From contig JAIDRE010000059.1 in assembly GCA_029061925.1 (NCBI GenBank), forward strand, positions 2,193-66,192: 64,000 nt of DNA. The letters run 5' to 3'. Both the position numbers and the translations under genes were made by a program. This document shows, in pieces, positions 43,358-56,021 of this stretch. Origin of the DNA: Muribaculaceae bacterium. GTDB lineage: Bacteria > Bacteroidota > Bacteroidia > Bacteroidales > Muribaculaceae. The notes below the pieces were generated by a model. It made no database searches. It had not been told where the DNA came from and worked only from the letters and a program-made list of their open reading frames with translations. Numbering within the stretch: position 1 is the first letter of the stretch; every line of letters starts with the position of its first letter.

Positions 43358-44458
43358 ATGCCGAAAACTCAAACACAAAATAATATGAAGAAATCAATTT
43401 TAAGCTCTGTAATTCTGATTGCATCAATATTGTCATCAAACTCTCAAACTATGAACAATCCTAATACAAATCAATCGGTTGCTCCCGTTGAGCAGCTAAA
43501 TCTCACCCAGGAATGGGACAAAGTTTTCCCCAAAAGTAACAAAGTCGATCATAAAAAGATCACTTTTGTAAATCGTTATGGCATCACACTTGCCGCCGAC
43601 ATGTACACCCCGAAAGGCGCAAAAGGCAAACTCCCCGCAATCGCGGTCAGCGGTCCTTTTGGTGCAGTAAAAGAGCAGTCAAGCGGTTTGTATGCTCAAC
43701 AGCTCGCCGAGCGCGGATATCTGACAATTGCCTTTGACCCTTCATTTACCGGCGAAAGTGGTGGTCAGCCACGTCGAGTTGCCTCGCCCGATATAAACAC
43801 CGAAGACTTCTCGGCTGCCGTTGACTTCCTTTCGGTTCAGCCCAATGTTGATGCTAATAAAATCGGTATTCTCGGTGTGTGTGGATGGGGTGGCATCGCC
43901 ATTGAAGCCGCTATCAACGACCCTCGCATCAAAGCGACTGTAGCATCTACAATGTATGATATGACCCGCGTGACCGCTAACGGATATTTCGATTCTGAAA
44001 ACACAAAAGAGCAACGCAATGCCAAACGCCAGACCATGGCAAATCAGCGCACTGAAGATTATCGCAAAGGTCAATACACTCGTGCCGGTGGTGTGGTTGA
44101 TCCGCTTCCCGATGATGCTCCTCAGTTTGTAAAAGATTATTTCGCATACTATAAAACTCCCCGTGGCTTCCATCCGCGTTCAGGTAACTCAACCGATGGC
44201 TGGAATGCAACTTCGGCACTCCCTTTTGTCAACTTCAAATTCTTTGAATATGCCGACGAACTGGACAATGCCGTGTTGATTGTACATGGTGACCAGGCTC
44301 ACTCATACTACTTTGGTAAAGATACATTTGCAAAACTGAAAGGTGACAACAAGCAAATGTTAACCATCAATGGTGCAAATCACTGCGACCTCTACGACCA
44401 AATTGACATTATTCCTTTTGACGAAATCGCCGCTTTCTATAAAGAATATCTCAAATGA
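43358..44458 (+). CDS. secreted alpha/beta hydrolase (dienelactone-hydrolase-like)
   Basis: Signal peptide and nucleophile elbow GVCGWGG (GxCxG). Confidence 0.75.
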   Translation: MPKTQTQNNMKKSILSSVILIASILSSNSQTMNNPNTNQSVAPVEQLNLTQEWDKVFPKSNKVDHKKITFVNRYGITLAADMYTPKGAKGKLPAIAVSGPFGAVKEQSSGLYAQQLAERGYLTIAFDPSFTGESGGQPRRVASPDINTEDFSAAVDFLSVQPNVDANKIGILGVCGWGGIAIEAAINDPRIKATVASTMYDMTRVTANGYFDSENTKEQRNAKRQTMANQRTEDYRKGQYTRAGGVVDPLPDDAPQFVKDYFAYYKTPRGFHPRSGNSTDGWNATSALPFVNFKFFEYADELDNAVLIVHGDQAHSYYFGKDTFAKLKGDNKQMLTINGANHCDLYDQIDIIPFDEIAAFYKEYLK

Positions 44459-45018
44459 CAACAGCCGAATTTCTCGAAATAATGAACTCGGGGGATGTGA
44501 TTCCCGGCGGTAGTCCTGTACATGCCAAAATGCACGAGTTGAGCCAGGAGGCTATCCGTATTACGATGGAAATCAATAACGTCTATCACAACCACCACGA
44601 GATTATAGCCTTAATGTCAGAACTTACCGGAACGAAGATTCACGAAAGTTTCGGACTTTTCCCGCCGTTTTATACCGACTGTGGCAAAAACATCAAAATA
44701 GGTAAACGCGTCTTTATCAACGCGGGATGTAAATTCCAGGACCAAGGTGGAATAACAATCGGCGACGACGTTCTGATTGGTCATAACTGTGTCATTGCGA
44801 CCCTCAACCACGTTATGGATCCCGACCGGCGAGCCGATATGGTTGCTGCGCCCGTAAAGATTGGCAACAAAGTATGGATTGGTGCCAATGTGACCATTTT
44901 GCAAGGCGTCACAATCGGCGAAGGAGCCATTATTGCAGCCGGAGCAGTCGTGAATAAAGATGTAGCACCACGTACGATTGTCGGAGGTATCCCCGCAAAA
45001 GTCATTAAAACCATTTGA
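44455..45018 (+). CDS. sugar O-acetyltransferase (maltose/galactoside type, hexapeptide repeat)
   Basis: Left-handed beta-helix repeats ([39 protein letters not shown]). Overlaps the hydrolase gene by 4 nt. Confidence 0.85.
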   Translation: MTTAEFLEIMNSGDVIPGGSPVHAKMHELSQEAIRITMEINNVYHNHHEIIALMSELTGTKIHESFGLFPPFYTDCGKNIKIGKRVFINAGCKFQDQGGITIGDDVLIGHNCVIATLNHVMDPDRRADMVAAPVKIGNKVWIGANVTILQGVTIGEGAIIAAGAVVNKDVAPRTIVGGIPAKVIKTI

Positions 45019-45267
45019 ATACCAACAGATAAATTATAGTTGTAAAATAGTATTTTTCAACCAAATCAACGATTTTGGACGACAGATTTTATGCATAATA
45101 CAGAATAAATAAAAAAATTAAAGAAAATTTTCATGAATTATATATACTGCATGAAAAAAAATTTGTAAATTTGCACGTTCAAAATTAAAGACCCTTTCAA
45201 AATGTTTGCAAACATGCAAATATTGAAAACATTAGATTGAAAAAATATTATACAACAAACATTATAA

Positions 45268-46287
<1,020 letters not shown>

Positions 46288-46312
46288 TCAATCTTAGCAA
46301 TATAACTACAAA

Positions 46313-46342
46313 AACGTCCTTCAATCGAAGGGCGTTTTTTTA
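46313..46342 (+). terminator. intrinsic terminator of gap
   Basis: AACGTCCTTC-AATC-GAAGGGCGTT (one G-U pair), followed by a run of 7 T. Confidence 0.75.
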
Positions 46343-46350
46343 TTGCATAT

Positions 46351-46384
46351 AAAAAAGCACTTGACAACCGAAGTTATCAAGTGC
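46351..46384 (-). terminator. intrinsic terminator of ilvA
   Basis: GCACTTGA-(12 nt)-TCAAGTGC, followed on the minus strand by UUUUUU. Confidence 0.6.
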
Positions 46385-46412
46385 CTACAAACACTCGCAG
46401 AGCCCATTTTCG

Positions 46413-47618
46413 TCAGGCTAAAATCTTATAGCCTTTTTCGAAGAGTGTTTGTTTAATCTGTTTGATATGTTCGTGATTTCGGGTTTCAAGCTCAACGCGG
46501 ATGATACAGTCATTGATGCCATGATTAGTGTCTCCGATGCGCTCATGATTAATTGAAACCACGTTGCCACCCAATTCAGCAATTATGTTACATACACCTG
46601 AAAGCTGTCCGGGTTTGTCGGCAAGGTCAATTGTGAGGTTCAAGAGACGACCTCCGACTGTTAATCCACGGGTAATTACACGGTTAAGTGTATTAACATC
46701 AATGTTACCACCCGACACAAGGCATACCACTTTTTTACCTTTTACGGGGATTTTACCTGCCATGACAGCGGCAACCGACACGGCTCCGGCACCTTCTGAA
46801 ACAAGTTTTTGTTTCTCAATGAGATATAGAATTGCAGCAGCAATTTCGTCTTCACTGACTGTTACGACTTCATCGACATATCGGCTAACCAGGTCAAACG
46901 TATTTACTCCCGGTTCTTTAACCGCGATACCGTCGGCTATTGTTGAAACTGAATCGAGATGCACTTTGCTGTGTTTTTTCATTGATTCAGCCATCGAGGG
47001 AGCACCCTCAGCCTGAACACCATAGATTTTTACGTCGGGGCGCAATGTCTTGACAGCGAATGCTAAGCCTGAGATGAGACCACCTCCACCAATAGGAACT
47101 ACGATTTCTTCAACATCGGGCATTTCCTCAAGAATTTCCAATCCGATTGTGCCCTGACCTGCTATTACCAACGGGTCATCAAAGGGATGTACAAATGTAT
47201 AGCCATGCTTGTCGCGCAACTCAATCGCCTTGGCATAAGCATCGTCATAAACACCGGGAACAAGGCACACCTCGGCGCCATAACTTTTAGTCGCTTCGAC
47301 CTTTGAGATAGGAGCTCCAGCAGGCAGACAGATGAGCGACTTGATGCCGTTGCGGGTTGCACCGAGTGCTACACCCTGGGCATGATTACCTGCTGAACAG
47401 GCGATTACGCCACGTTCTTTTTCGGCGGGAGTGAGTTGTGAAATTTTATAATACGCACCACGAAGTTTAAACGAACCGGTGTGCTGAAGACATTCAGGTT
47501 TGAGATAAATCTCGGCGTCTTCACAAATTTTAGTCGGAACAAGGCGGGTGTTGCGCGCAACATCTTTGAGCACATTTTTTGCCTTGTAAACCTCTTCAAT
47601 AGTAAGTTTGTCAGTCAT
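46413..47618 (-). CDS. ilvA: threonine ammonia-lyase (threonine dehydratase)
   Basis: PLP-lysine motif GSFKLRGA, GGGGLISG loop, and a C-terminal ACT-like domain. Confidence 0.9.
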   Translation of the reverse strand: MTDKLTIEEVYKAKNVLKDVARNTRLVPTKICEDAEIYLKPECLQHTGSFKLRGAYYKISQLTPAEKERGVIACSAGNHAQGVALGATRNGIKSLICLPAGAPISKVEATKSYGAEVCLVPGVYDDAYAKAIELRDKHGYTFVHPFDDPLVIAGQGTIGLEILEEMPDVEEIVVPIGGGGLISGLAFAVKTLRPDVKIYGVQAEGAPSMAESMKKHSKVHLDSVSTIADGIAVKEPGVNTFDLVSRYVDEVVTVSEDEIAAAILYLIEKQKLVSEGAGAVSVAAVMAGKIPVKGKKVVCLVSGGNIDVNTLNRVITRGLTVGGRLLNLTIDLADKPGQLSGVCNIIAELGGNVVSINHERIGDTNHGINDCIIRVELETRNHEHIKQIKQTLFEKGYKILA

Positions 47619-47637
47619 GATAAGTATATTTAATGTA

Positions 47638-49107
47638 TCATTTATTTCTTGATTGGAGCATCACGTCCATTGCAGTAGCCGCACGTCGTCCGTCTCCCAT
47701 CGCGAGAATCACCGTTGCGCCACCACGAACAATATCACCGCCGGCATATAGCAACGGCATTGACGATTGAAGTGTTTCGTCATTAACAGCGATTGTTCCG
47801 CGACGGGTAATATCAAGTCCGGCAATCGAATTAGGAATCAGCGGATTAGGCGACACCCCGACACTGACGATTACAACATCAGCCTCAACTTCTTCGATTG
47901 CTCCGGGAATTGCCACAGGCGAACGGCGACCCGATTCGTCAGGCTCACCAAGCTCCATTTTCTGAAGTTTCATTGCGCAAACACGTCCGTTCTCATCACC
48001 GATAAACTCGATGGGATTATGCAATGTCATAAATTTAACTCCCTCTTGCTGAGCGTGATGTATTTCTTCGGCACGCGCAGGCATCTCTTCAAGACTGCGG
48101 CGATAGATAATCATCGCATCTGTTGCACCCATACGGCGAGCCGTACGAACAGAGTCCATCGCCGTGTTACCACCACCAATGACAGCGACACGTTTGCCAG
48201 TCAAAACCGGGGTTACCCAACCGGGCTTGCCGGCACCCATAAGGTTGATGCGTGTCAAATACTCATTGCTCGACATCACACCGATAAGATTCTCACCCGG
48301 GATACCCATAAATCGTGGAAGTCCTGCTCCCGATGCAATAAACATCGCATCATAACCTTCGTTCAGCAAATCATCGTATGATATAGTTTTGCCTATCACA
48401 CAATCTTTTACAAATTTAACGCCCAACTTTTTGAGCGATTCGATTTCAACGTCAACAACCGAGTTGGGCAATCTGAATTCGGGGATGCCGTATTTCAGCA
48501 CACCGCCAATTTCATGGAGAGCCTCATAAACAGTCACTTCATATCCTTTCTTTATCATATCGCCGGCAAACGAAAGTCCGGCAGGACCTGAGCCGGCTAC
48601 GGCAACCTTGAATCCGTTGGGAGCATCGGCAGGCTGAAGCGGAGCATCGGGCAAATGCTGGAGATAATCAGCGGCAAAGCGTTCGAGATAGCCGATTGCA
48701 ACCGGCTCTTTCTTCATCTTATTATAGATACACTTTGACTCACACTGACGTTCCTGCGGGCAAACTCGACCACAAACAGCCGGGAGCGCGCTGGTCTCTT
48801 TCAACACGGCAGCCGCCTGAGCGACTTCGCCACGTTCGATATTCTTTATAAATCCGGGAATATTGATTGACACCGGACAGCCTTGCACACATTGAGGGTC
48901 GGGACAATCGAGACAACGGCGCGACTCAAGATGAGCCTGCTCAGCCGACAATCCTTGGTTGACCTCCTCGTTGCAGGTCACACGATATTCGGGATCTAAT
49001 TCGTTCATTCGGGCACGCGGAATCGAGGTGCGCTCTTTTGCAGTCATCGACTTGCGCAATTCCTCACGCCATTGGGCGTCGCGTGGAGATATAGTATTTT
49101 TTGACAT
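47638..49107 (-). CDS. NADPH-dependent glutamate synthase small-subunit-like oxidoreductase (GltD/NfnB/SudA type)
   Basis: N-terminal Cys clusters (CLDCPDPQCVQGCP; CGRVCPQERQCESKC) and two dinucleotide folds (VAVAGSGPAG; VAVIGGGNTAMD). Confidence 0.88.
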   Translation of the reverse strand: MSKNTISPRDAQWREELRKSMTAKERTSIPRARMNELDPEYRVTCNEEVNQGLSAEQAHLESRRCLDCPDPQCVQGCPVSINIPGFIKNIERGEVAQAAAVLKETSALPAVCGRVCPQERQCESKCIYNKMKKEPVAIGYLERFAADYLQHLPDAPLQPADAPNGFKVAVAGSGPAGLSFAGDMIKKGYEVTVYEALHEIGGVLKYGIPEFRLPNSVVDVEIESLKKLGVKFVKDCVIGKTISYDDLLNEGYDAMFIASGAGLPRFMGIPGENLIGVMSSNEYLTRINLMGAGKPGWVTPVLTGKRVAVIGGGNTAMDSVRTARRMGATDAMIIYRRSLEEMPARAEEIHHAQQEGVKFMTLHNPIEFIGDENGRVCAMKLQKMELGEPDESGRRSPVAIPGAIEEVEADVVIVSVGVSPNPLIPNSIAGLDITRRGTIAVNDETLQSSMPLLYAGGDIVRGGATVILAMGDGRRAATAMDVMLQSRNK

Positions 49108-49113
49108 GACAAA

Positions 49114-49908
49114 TTATTTTTTTACCGGGTTGTAGGCGCGCATACGCATCATCATTTCATCAAAATCTACCTTGTGGGCATCGAACTCCGGACCGTCAAC
49201 ACAAACAAAGCGTGTTTTACCATCGACAGTCACACGACAAGCGCCACACATGCCGGTACCGTCAACCATAATCGTATTGAGCGAGCACATTGTCGGCACA
49301 TTATATTTTTTCGTAAGCTCTGACACGAACTTCATCATAATTGCCGGACCAATAGTAACAACCAAATCAACATTTTCGCGGTTAATCACATTCTCCACAC
49401 CGGCTGTCACCAATCCTTTCTGACCATACGAGCCGTCATCGGTCATAATAATAACCTCGTCAGAATATCGAGCAACTTCATCTTCCAGAATAATCAAGTC
49501 TTTGGTGCGGGCTGCCAATACCGATACAACACGGTTACCGGCTTCTTTCATCGCCTTGATAATCGGGAGCAACGGAGCCACACCGACGCCACCGCCTGCA
49601 CATACAACTGTTCCATATTTGGCAATCTTGGTAGCCTGACCAAGCGGGCCGACAACATCGGTCAGATATTCACCCGCTTCAAGAGCACAAATCTGACGTG
49701 TCGAATCTCCGACAGCCTGAACCACAAGAGTTATCGTACCTTTATTTATATCAGAATCAGCGATTGTGAGAGGAATACGTTCACCCCTTTCGCCACTGAT
49801 GACAATAACAAAGTGTCCCGGACGACGCGAGCGAGCAATCAATGGAGCCTCAACAACAAGCTTGACTACATTTTCAGAGAAATGCTGTTTTTCAATGATT
49901 TTATTCAT
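49114..49908 (-). CDS. ferredoxin-NADP reductase-like FAD/NAD-binding subunit (NfnA/SudB type)
   Basis: FNR-like fold plus a C-terminal 2Fe-2S Cys cluster (CSLN...DGTGMCGACRV...C). Start trimmed to the ATG at 49908 (MNKIIEKQHF). Confidence 0.85.
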   Translation of the reverse strand: MNKIIEKQHFSENVVKLVVEAPLIARSRRPGHFVIVISGERGERIPLTIADSDINKGTITLVVQAVGDSTRQICALEAGEYLTDVVGPLGQATKIAKYGTVVCAGGGVGVAPLLPIIKAMKEAGNRVVSVLAARTKDLIILEDEVARYSDEVIIMTDDGSYGQKGLVTAGVENVINRENVDLVVTIGPAIMMKFVSELTKKYNVPTMCSLNTIMVDGTGMCGACRVTVDGKTRFVCVDGPEFDAHKVDFDEMMMRMRAYNPVKK

Positions 49909-50042
49909 TTTGATATATGTAAAATGATTGGCGACAAAAAAACATTTGTCATCACTTGCAAAGTTACTCAAATATTATGAATATGGAGCCTTTTATTTCA
50001 AAAAAAAATCGTAACTTTGCGACTTAATAAAAAAATTGTTCA

Positions 50043-51668
50043 GTGGAAACAAAATATATCTTTGTCACAGGCGGAGTCGTTTCCTCTTTAGGGAAAGGCA
50101 TCATTTCATCGTCGCTCGCTTGCTTGTTGAAAGCACGTGGTTATAGGGTTACCATCCAAAAATATGACCCTTACATCAACATTGACCCCGGAACGCTCAA
50201 CCCATACGAGCACGGCGAATGTTATGTCACAGTCGATGGACACGAAGCCGACCTTGACCTCGGTCACTACGAACGATTCACCGACATCCACACAACCCGC
50301 GCCAACAACGTAACAACAGGTCGCATCTACCAAAGCGTAATTGACAAAGAACGCCGTGGCGACTATCTCGGCAAGACAGTCCAGATTGTTCCTCATATCA
50401 CTGACGAAATCAAACTCAACATCAAAAAGCTCGGCAAAACCGGCAACTTCGACTTCATAATCACCGAAATCGGCGGAACCGTAGGCGACATCGAATCGCT
50501 CCCGTTCATCGAAAGTGTAAGACAGTTACGCTGGGAACTCGGCAATAACTGCGTCTGCATCCACCTGACTTATGTCCCCTATATACGTGCCGCAAAAGAG
50601 CTTAAAACCAAGCCGACCCAACACTCGGTTAAACAGCTTCAGGAAGTGGGTATCCAACCCGACATCCTCGTTCTGAGAACCGAAAAAGATATTCCGGCAG
50701 AAATGCGTCGCAAAATCGCACTTTTCTGCAACGTTGCGCCCGATGCTGTTATTCAATCGGTTGATGTACCGACCATTTACGAGGTACCCCTAAAGATGCA
50801 CGAACAGCATTTCGACGAATTAGTTCTACGTAAAACCGGAGTGCCCGTCGAAGGCGAACCCCACATGGCTCCCTGGCTCCACTTCCTCGAAAAGATGGAG
50901 AAAGCCGAGAAAAAAATCACAATCGGACTCGTCGGTAAATACGTCGAACTTCAAGACGCCTATAAGTCAATCAACGAATCGCTTTTCCAGGCAGCAACCT
51001 ACAACGACCTGCGTCTCGACCTGCGATTCATCCACTCTGAAAAAGTTAACGAGAGCAACGTTGATAAAATGCTCGGCGACCTCGACGCTGTAGTCATCGC
51101 CCCCGGCTTTGGTCAGCGTGGAATCGAAGGCAAGTTTGTCGCACTCAAATGGTGTCGCGAAAAAAACATACCGACCCTCGGAATTTGCCTCGGAATGCAA
51201 TGTATGGTAATCGAGTTTGCCCGTGACGTACTCGGACTGACCGATGCCAACTCAACCGAAATGAATCCCAAAACTCCATATAACGTCATCGACCTTATGG
51301 AGGAACAGAAATCAATTTCAAACCTGGGCGGAACAATGCGACTCGGTGCTTACGACTGCGAGTTGCAACCTGACTCAAAGGCAGCCAAAGCCTATGGCAA
51401 GACTAAAGTCTCAGAACGCCACCGTCACCGCTTTGAATTTAACAACGAATATCGTTCTCAATTTGAGGAAGCCGGTATGAAATGTGTTGGCGAAAACCCC
51501 TCGACTCACCTTGTTGAAATCGTTGAACTCCCCGACCACCGCTGGTTCATCGGTACTCAATACCACCCTGAGTATTCAAGCACAGTCCTCAACCCCAACC
51601 CGCTGTTCGTAAGCTTTGTTGCGGCTGCCAAAGAATATAAGAACGAACGTCACACTGATAAGAAATAA
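50043..51668 (+). CDS. pyrG: CTP synthase
   Basis: GTG start giving (M)ETKYIFVTGGVVSSLGKG, and GATase site GICLGMQ. The -7 box TAACTTTG lies at 50012-50019. Confidence 0.95.
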   Translation: METKYIFVTGGVVSSLGKGIISSSLACLLKARGYRVTIQKYDPYINIDPGTLNPYEHGECYVTVDGHEADLDLGHYERFTDIHTTRANNVTTGRIYQSVIDKERRGDYLGKTVQIVPHITDEIKLNIKKLGKTGNFDFIITEIGGTVGDIESLPFIESVRQLRWELGNNCVCIHLTYVPYIRAAKELKTKPTQHSVKQLQEVGIQPDILVLRTEKDIPAEMRRKIALFCNVAPDAVIQSVDVPTIYEVPLKMHEQHFDELVLRKTGVPVEGEPHMAPWLHFLEKMEKAEKKITIGLVGKYVELQDAYKSINESLFQAATYNDLRLDLRFIHSEKVNESNVDKMLGDLDAVVIAPGFGQRGIEGKFVALKWCREKNIPTLGICLGMQCMVIEFARDVLGLTDANSTEMNPKTPYNVIDLMEEQKSISNLGGTMRLGAYDCELQPDSKAAKAYGKTKVSERHRHRFEFNNEYRSQFEEAGMKCVGENPSTHLVEIVELPDHRWFIGTQYHPEYSSTVLNPNPLFVSFVAAAKEYKNERHTDKK

Positions 51669-51719
51669 ACCGACTATCAATAACAAACCAAGAAATAAAT
51701 CACAGAATATAAATTAGAT

Positions 51720-53819
51720 ATGGATAAAAATACACTACTCGGCCTTGTAATGATGGCATGCGTTGTTTTTGGCTTTATGTGGCTCAACAAACCATCAGAA
51801 GAACAACTCGCAGCACAACGCGCCGAGCAAGAACAAATGGCTGAACAAGCCCGTATCGAAGCTGAAGAAGCAGCTAGAATAGCATCTCAACCCGACTCGA
51901 TTTCGGCAACAGAACGAGCCTCGTTGATTCCGACAATCAAACAAATCGGCACTACCGATTCTGTAAATGGCACCGTATCATTTGCCGATGCTAATGTCAA
52001 CATCACAATCGATGGTCAAAACGTCAGCGGAACAGTTTCAGCTGCCGGCAGCTCAATCGAAATCAACGACCTGCTTGCCAACAACTTTGGCGATCTCACT
52101 TTGGCTCAGTCAAAAGCTGCTGTTAAAAACCTCCGTGCAGCTCTCGAAAATGCCGGACGTTATAGTACATTTGCACGCTATCTCAGCGGTTCTGAAAACA
52201 CCGTTGGACTTGCCAACGATCTTATCGCCATCGAATTTTCAACTCTCGGTGGTCGCCCGAGCCGTGCCACCCTCCTCGACTATGACAACTTCCTGAACGA
52301 TGACACCACCAATGTTGTGATGTTCACCCCCGAGACTTCAACATTCAACTTCAAGTTTGTTACAACCCAGCAACAGCGCCTCGACACCGACAAGTTCTAT
52401 TTCACTCCAATTGTCGAAAGCGACTCTACTGTGTTGATGAAACTTGACCTCGGCAACGATGCCATGTGGGGCATCAGATACACCCTCCGCCAGGGCAGCT
52501 ACATCCTTGGCATGGAAGTTGTTCAGAAAAACATGGAATCAATTATTTCGCCCAGCACCGCCACAATCGACTTTGATTTCGGCGTGAAAATGGCGCGCAA
52601 TGAAGCCGGTCGCACATTTGAAGAACAGAAAAGTGCTATCTATTATAAATATGTGGGCGATTCACCCGACGACCTCAACTATTCAGCCGACAAAACCGAA
52701 GAACTTTCTCAACCCGTAAAATGGATTGCTTTCAAAGATCAGTTCTTCTCAACCGCGTTCATTTCCCGCTCATCATTTGCTACTGCCGAAGTGCATCAGC
52801 AGGTTCTCAAGAACGACCCTATGTTCCTGAAACAGATGAACGCATCAACCGTTCTCGAATACAACCCGACCGCCGAGACTCCGGTTGCATTTGATATATT
52901 CATCGGCCCTAACCTCTATCCCCTTTTGGCATCGCTTGATGACACACTCGACACTAAAGAGGGGCTTCAACTTACCCGCTTAATTCCGCTCGGTTGGCCT
53001 ATCATCCGTTGGATCAACACATTGATTATTATTCCTGTGTTTACATTCCTCAACGGCTTTATCTCAAACTACGGTATCATCATTCTCATCTTGACAATCT
53101 TCATCAAGATCATCCTCTTCCCGCTCACCTACAAGAGTCTTATCTCACAGGCAAGAATGAGAGTGCTTGCTCCCGATATCAAAGCTATCAATGAGAAATA
53201 TCCCGGTCAGGAAAACGCAATGAAGCGAAACTCAAAAACTATGGAGCTCTACTCTCGCGCAGGTGCCAACCCGATGTCGGGCTGCTTGCCGATGTTGCTT
53301 CAGATGCCTATCTTGATTGCGATGTTCTGGTTCTTCCCCTCTTGTATCGAACTCCGCGGTGAATCATTCCTTTGGGCTCACAACCTTGCAGCTCCCGATG
53401 TGATTTTCACCTTGCCATTCACTATCCCCTGGTATGGTAACCACGTTTCACTCTTCTGTCTTATGATGACTGCTGTCAACATCGTCTATACACGCATCAA
53501 TATGCAAAATCAGGCAGGTAGCGACCAAATGGCAATGATGAAATGGATGATGTATCTCATGCCCGTCATGTTCCTCTTCATCTTCAACGACTATGCTGCC
53601 GGCTTGAGCTACTACTACTTCTTGTCGCTCCTCATCACCATCCTTCAAACCTACATTTTCCGTCATTTTGTTGACGAGAAAAAAGTAAGAGCAAAAATGA
53701 TGGAGAACGCCGCCAAACCTCACAAAAAGAACGGATGGCTTGCCCGTCTCGAAGAAGCACAGCGCAAACAGCTCGCTGAAGCACGCGCCCAGCAGCAAAA
53801 AAACAATAAACGTCGCTAA
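51720..53819 (+). CDS. yidC: membrane protein insertase YidC (long Bacteroidota form)
   Basis: N-terminal transmembrane helix, a large periplasmic domain, a C-terminal 60-kDa insertase core, and a basic tail. Confidence 0.92.
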   Translation: MDKNTLLGLVMMACVVFGFMWLNKPSEEQLAAQRAEQEQMAEQARIEAEEAARIASQPDSISATERASLIPTIKQIGTTDSVNGTVSFADANVNITIDGQNVSGTVSAAGSSIEINDLLANNFGDLTLAQSKAAVKNLRAALENAGRYSTFARYLSGSENTVGLANDLIAIEFSTLGGRPSRATLLDYDNFLNDDTTNVVMFTPETSTFNFKFVTTQQQRLDTDKFYFTPIVESDSTVLMKLDLGNDAMWGIRYTLRQGSYILGMEVVQKNMESIISPSTATIDFDFGVKMARNEAGRTFEEQKSAIYYKYVGDSPDDLNYSADKTEELSQPVKWIAFKDQFFSTAFISRSSFATAEVHQQVLKNDPMFLKQMNASTVLEYNPTAETPVAFDIFIGPNLYPLLASLDDTLDTKEGLQLTRLIPLGWPIIRWINTLIIIPVFTFLNGFISNYGIIILILTIFIKIILFPLTYKSLISQARMRVLAPDIKAINEKYPGQENAMKRNSKTMELYSRAGANPMSGCLPMLLQMPILIAMFWFFPSCIELRGESFLWAHNLAAPDVIFTLPFTIPWYGNHVSLFCLMMTAVNIVYTRINMQNQAGSDQMAMMKWMMYLMPVMFLFIFNDYAAGLSYYYFLSLLITILQTYIFRHFVDEKKVRAKMMENAAKPHKKNGWLARLEEAQRKQLAEARAQQQKNNKRR

Positions 53820-53860
53820 CAAAATAGCGTTTAGCTCCATAATCATCAATCAATTGTCTG

Positions 53861-54934
53861 ATGAATGATCAATTGTTTTATGATGCAATAGATCTGCTTA
53901 AAGAGCTGATCGCAACCCCATCGGTCAGCCGTAGCGAAAGTGCTGCGGCTGACATTGTGTATGACTTCATTGTCAAAAATATCCCCGGGGTTACTCCGCA
54001 ACGCATCGGGAACAACATCTATATCGCCGACCCGACGTATGATGCCACCCGCAAAACTCTCCTGTTAAACTCACATATCGACACCGTTCCCGCAGCCGCC
54101 GGCTGGACTCGCGACCCGTTCATCCCATCCCTTGAAGAAGACGGAAAACTCTACGGACTCGGCAGCAACGATGCCGGAGCTTCTTTGGTCTCTCTATTGG
54201 CGGCATTCCGCTGTTTAGTTGCCTCTCCAAGAAGCTACAACCTGATTTTTGTAGCCTCAGCCGAGGAAGAAGTGAGTGGCAAAGAGGGCTTGACTGCCGT
54301 TTTGCCGATTCTACCAAAAGTCGATTGCGCTATTGTCGGTGAACCAACCGGAATGAGACCCGCAATAGCTGAAAAAGGGCTTATGGTGCTCGACTGCACA
54401 GCCCACGGAGTTGCCGGACACGCCGCCCGAAACGAGGGAGTCAATGCCATATACAAAGCTATCGACGCTATCAACCGACTTCGCGACTTCACTTTTGAGA
54501 AAGAGTCTCCGACTCTCGGGCCCGTCAAGGTCAGTACTACAATAATCAACGGCGGAACAAAACACAACATCGTTCCCGACACCTGCCAATTCACCGTTGA
54601 CGTCCGCACGACCGATGCCTACTCAAACCTCGAAGCACTCGAAATACTGAAAGATGTCGCCGGCGAAGAAATTGATGTTGTGCCCCGTTCAACCCGACTA
54701 AATCCCTCATCAATCTCTGCCGACCACCCGATTGTCAAGCGGTTTGAGATGCTCGGACTTGAACCGTTCGGCTCACCTACCTTGAGCGACGGAGCATTAA
54801 TGCCATGGCAAAAAGTCAAAGCCGGTCCCGGACAATCGTCACGTTCTCACACTCCCGACGAGTATATATTAATTAATGAGATACGTGAAGCAATCGAAAT
54901 TTATATTAAAATATTGACCAATATCAATATTTAA
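53861..54934 (+). CDS. M20 family metallohydrolase (ArgE/DapE-like)
   Basis: LLLNSHIDTVP, GSNDAGAS and AEEE metal-ligand motifs. Confidence 0.8.
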   Translation: MNDQLFYDAIDLLKELIATPSVSRSESAAADIVYDFIVKNIPGVTPQRIGNNIYIADPTYDATRKTLLLNSHIDTVPAAAGWTRDPFIPSLEEDGKLYGLGSNDAGASLVSLLAAFRCLVASPRSYNLIFVASAEEEVSGKEGLTAVLPILPKVDCAIVGEPTGMRPAIAEKGLMVLDCTAHGVAGHAARNEGVNAIYKAIDAINRLRDFTFEKESPTLGPVKVSTTIINGGTKHNIVPDTCQFTVDVRTTDAYSNLEALEILKDVAGEEIDVVPRSTRLNPSSISADHPIVKRFEMLGLEPFGSPTLSDGALMPWQKVKAGPGQSSRSHTPDEYILINEIREAIEIYIKILTNINI

Positions 54935-54986
54935 TACACATATTAATATTATATTTGCAAATTAACCCATCTCGTTTATATATTAT

Positions 54987-56021
54987 ATGAGTAATCCAGA
55001 CAAAAAAATCCCATTGCTCGGCATGACCCTCGACCAACTCAAGGGAGTTGCTCCCGAAGTCGGGCTGAAACCGTTTGCTGCCAAGCAGATGGCGCGATGG
55101 CTCTATGAAAAAAGGGTTACATCAATCAACGAGATGACCGATTTATCAAAAGCCGCGCGAGAGAAACTCGCTGAGAAATACGAGATTGGACGCAAAGCTC
55201 CAATCCATTGCGCAACTTCGGCTGACGGCACAAAAAAATATCTGTTTGAAGCTCGACCCGGGCGACCGATTGAAGCGGTCTATATTCCCGACCGCGACCG
55301 TGCTACACTTTGCGTGTCGTCTCAAGCCGGATGCAAGATGAACTGCCAGTTCTGCGCCACCGGGCGCGGAGGTTTCCAAGGTAGCCTTACAGCTGGCGAA
55401 ATCATCAATCAGATACTCTCGATACCTGAAAGCGAATCGTTGACCAATATCGTTTTCATGGGAATGGGCGAACCTGCCGACAATCTCGAAGCCGTTCTTC
55501 CCGCACTCGAAATCCTGACCGAGAAATGGGGATTGGCATGGAGTCCGCGACGCATCACCGTTTCATCGGTTGGCAAACTCGACGGAATGCGTCAGATACT
55601 CGACAAAACCAAAGTGCATATCGCATTGTCGCTTCACACCCCGTTCCCTGGACGTCGCGCCGACATCATGCCCGTCGAAAAAGCCTACCCGCTCAACGAT
55701 GTTCTCGACCTGTTAAAACAATATGACTTCAGCCACCAGCGCCGATTGTCATTTGAATATATAATGTGGAACGGCATCAACGATGATTCACGTCACGCAC
55801 GAGCACTCGCCCGTATTCTTCACGGACTCGATTGCCGAGTAAACCTGATTCGTTACCACGCATTAACACCCGACGATCCGATGCAACCGTCTGACAATGA
55901 GACGATGATTCGGTTCCGCGACCTCCTTAACGACTCGGGAATAACCGCAACAATAAGAGCGTCGCGTGGCGAAGACATCGACGCTGCCTGCGGAATGCTC
56001 GCCGGAAAACAAAACAAATAA
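54987..56021 (+). CDS. rlmN: 23S rRNA (adenine2503-C2)-methyltransferase
   Basis: Radical-SAM CKMNCQFC cluster and a C-terminal catalytic Cys (DIDAACG). Confidence 0.93.
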   Translation: MSNPDKKIPLLGMTLDQLKGVAPEVGLKPFAAKQMARWLYEKRVTSINEMTDLSKAAREKLAEKYEIGRKAPIHCATSADGTKKYLFEARPGRPIEAVYIPDRDRATLCVSSQAGCKMNCQFCATGRGGFQGSLTAGEIINQILSIPESESLTNIVFMGMGEPADNLEAVLPALEILTEKWGLAWSPRRITVSSVGKLDGMRQILDKTKVHIALSLHTPFPGRRADIMPVEKAYPLNDVLDLLKQYDFSHQRRLSFEYIMWNGINDDSRHARALARILHGLDCRVNLIRYHALTPDDPMQPSDNETMIRFRDLLNDSGITATIRASRGEDIDAACGMLAGKQNK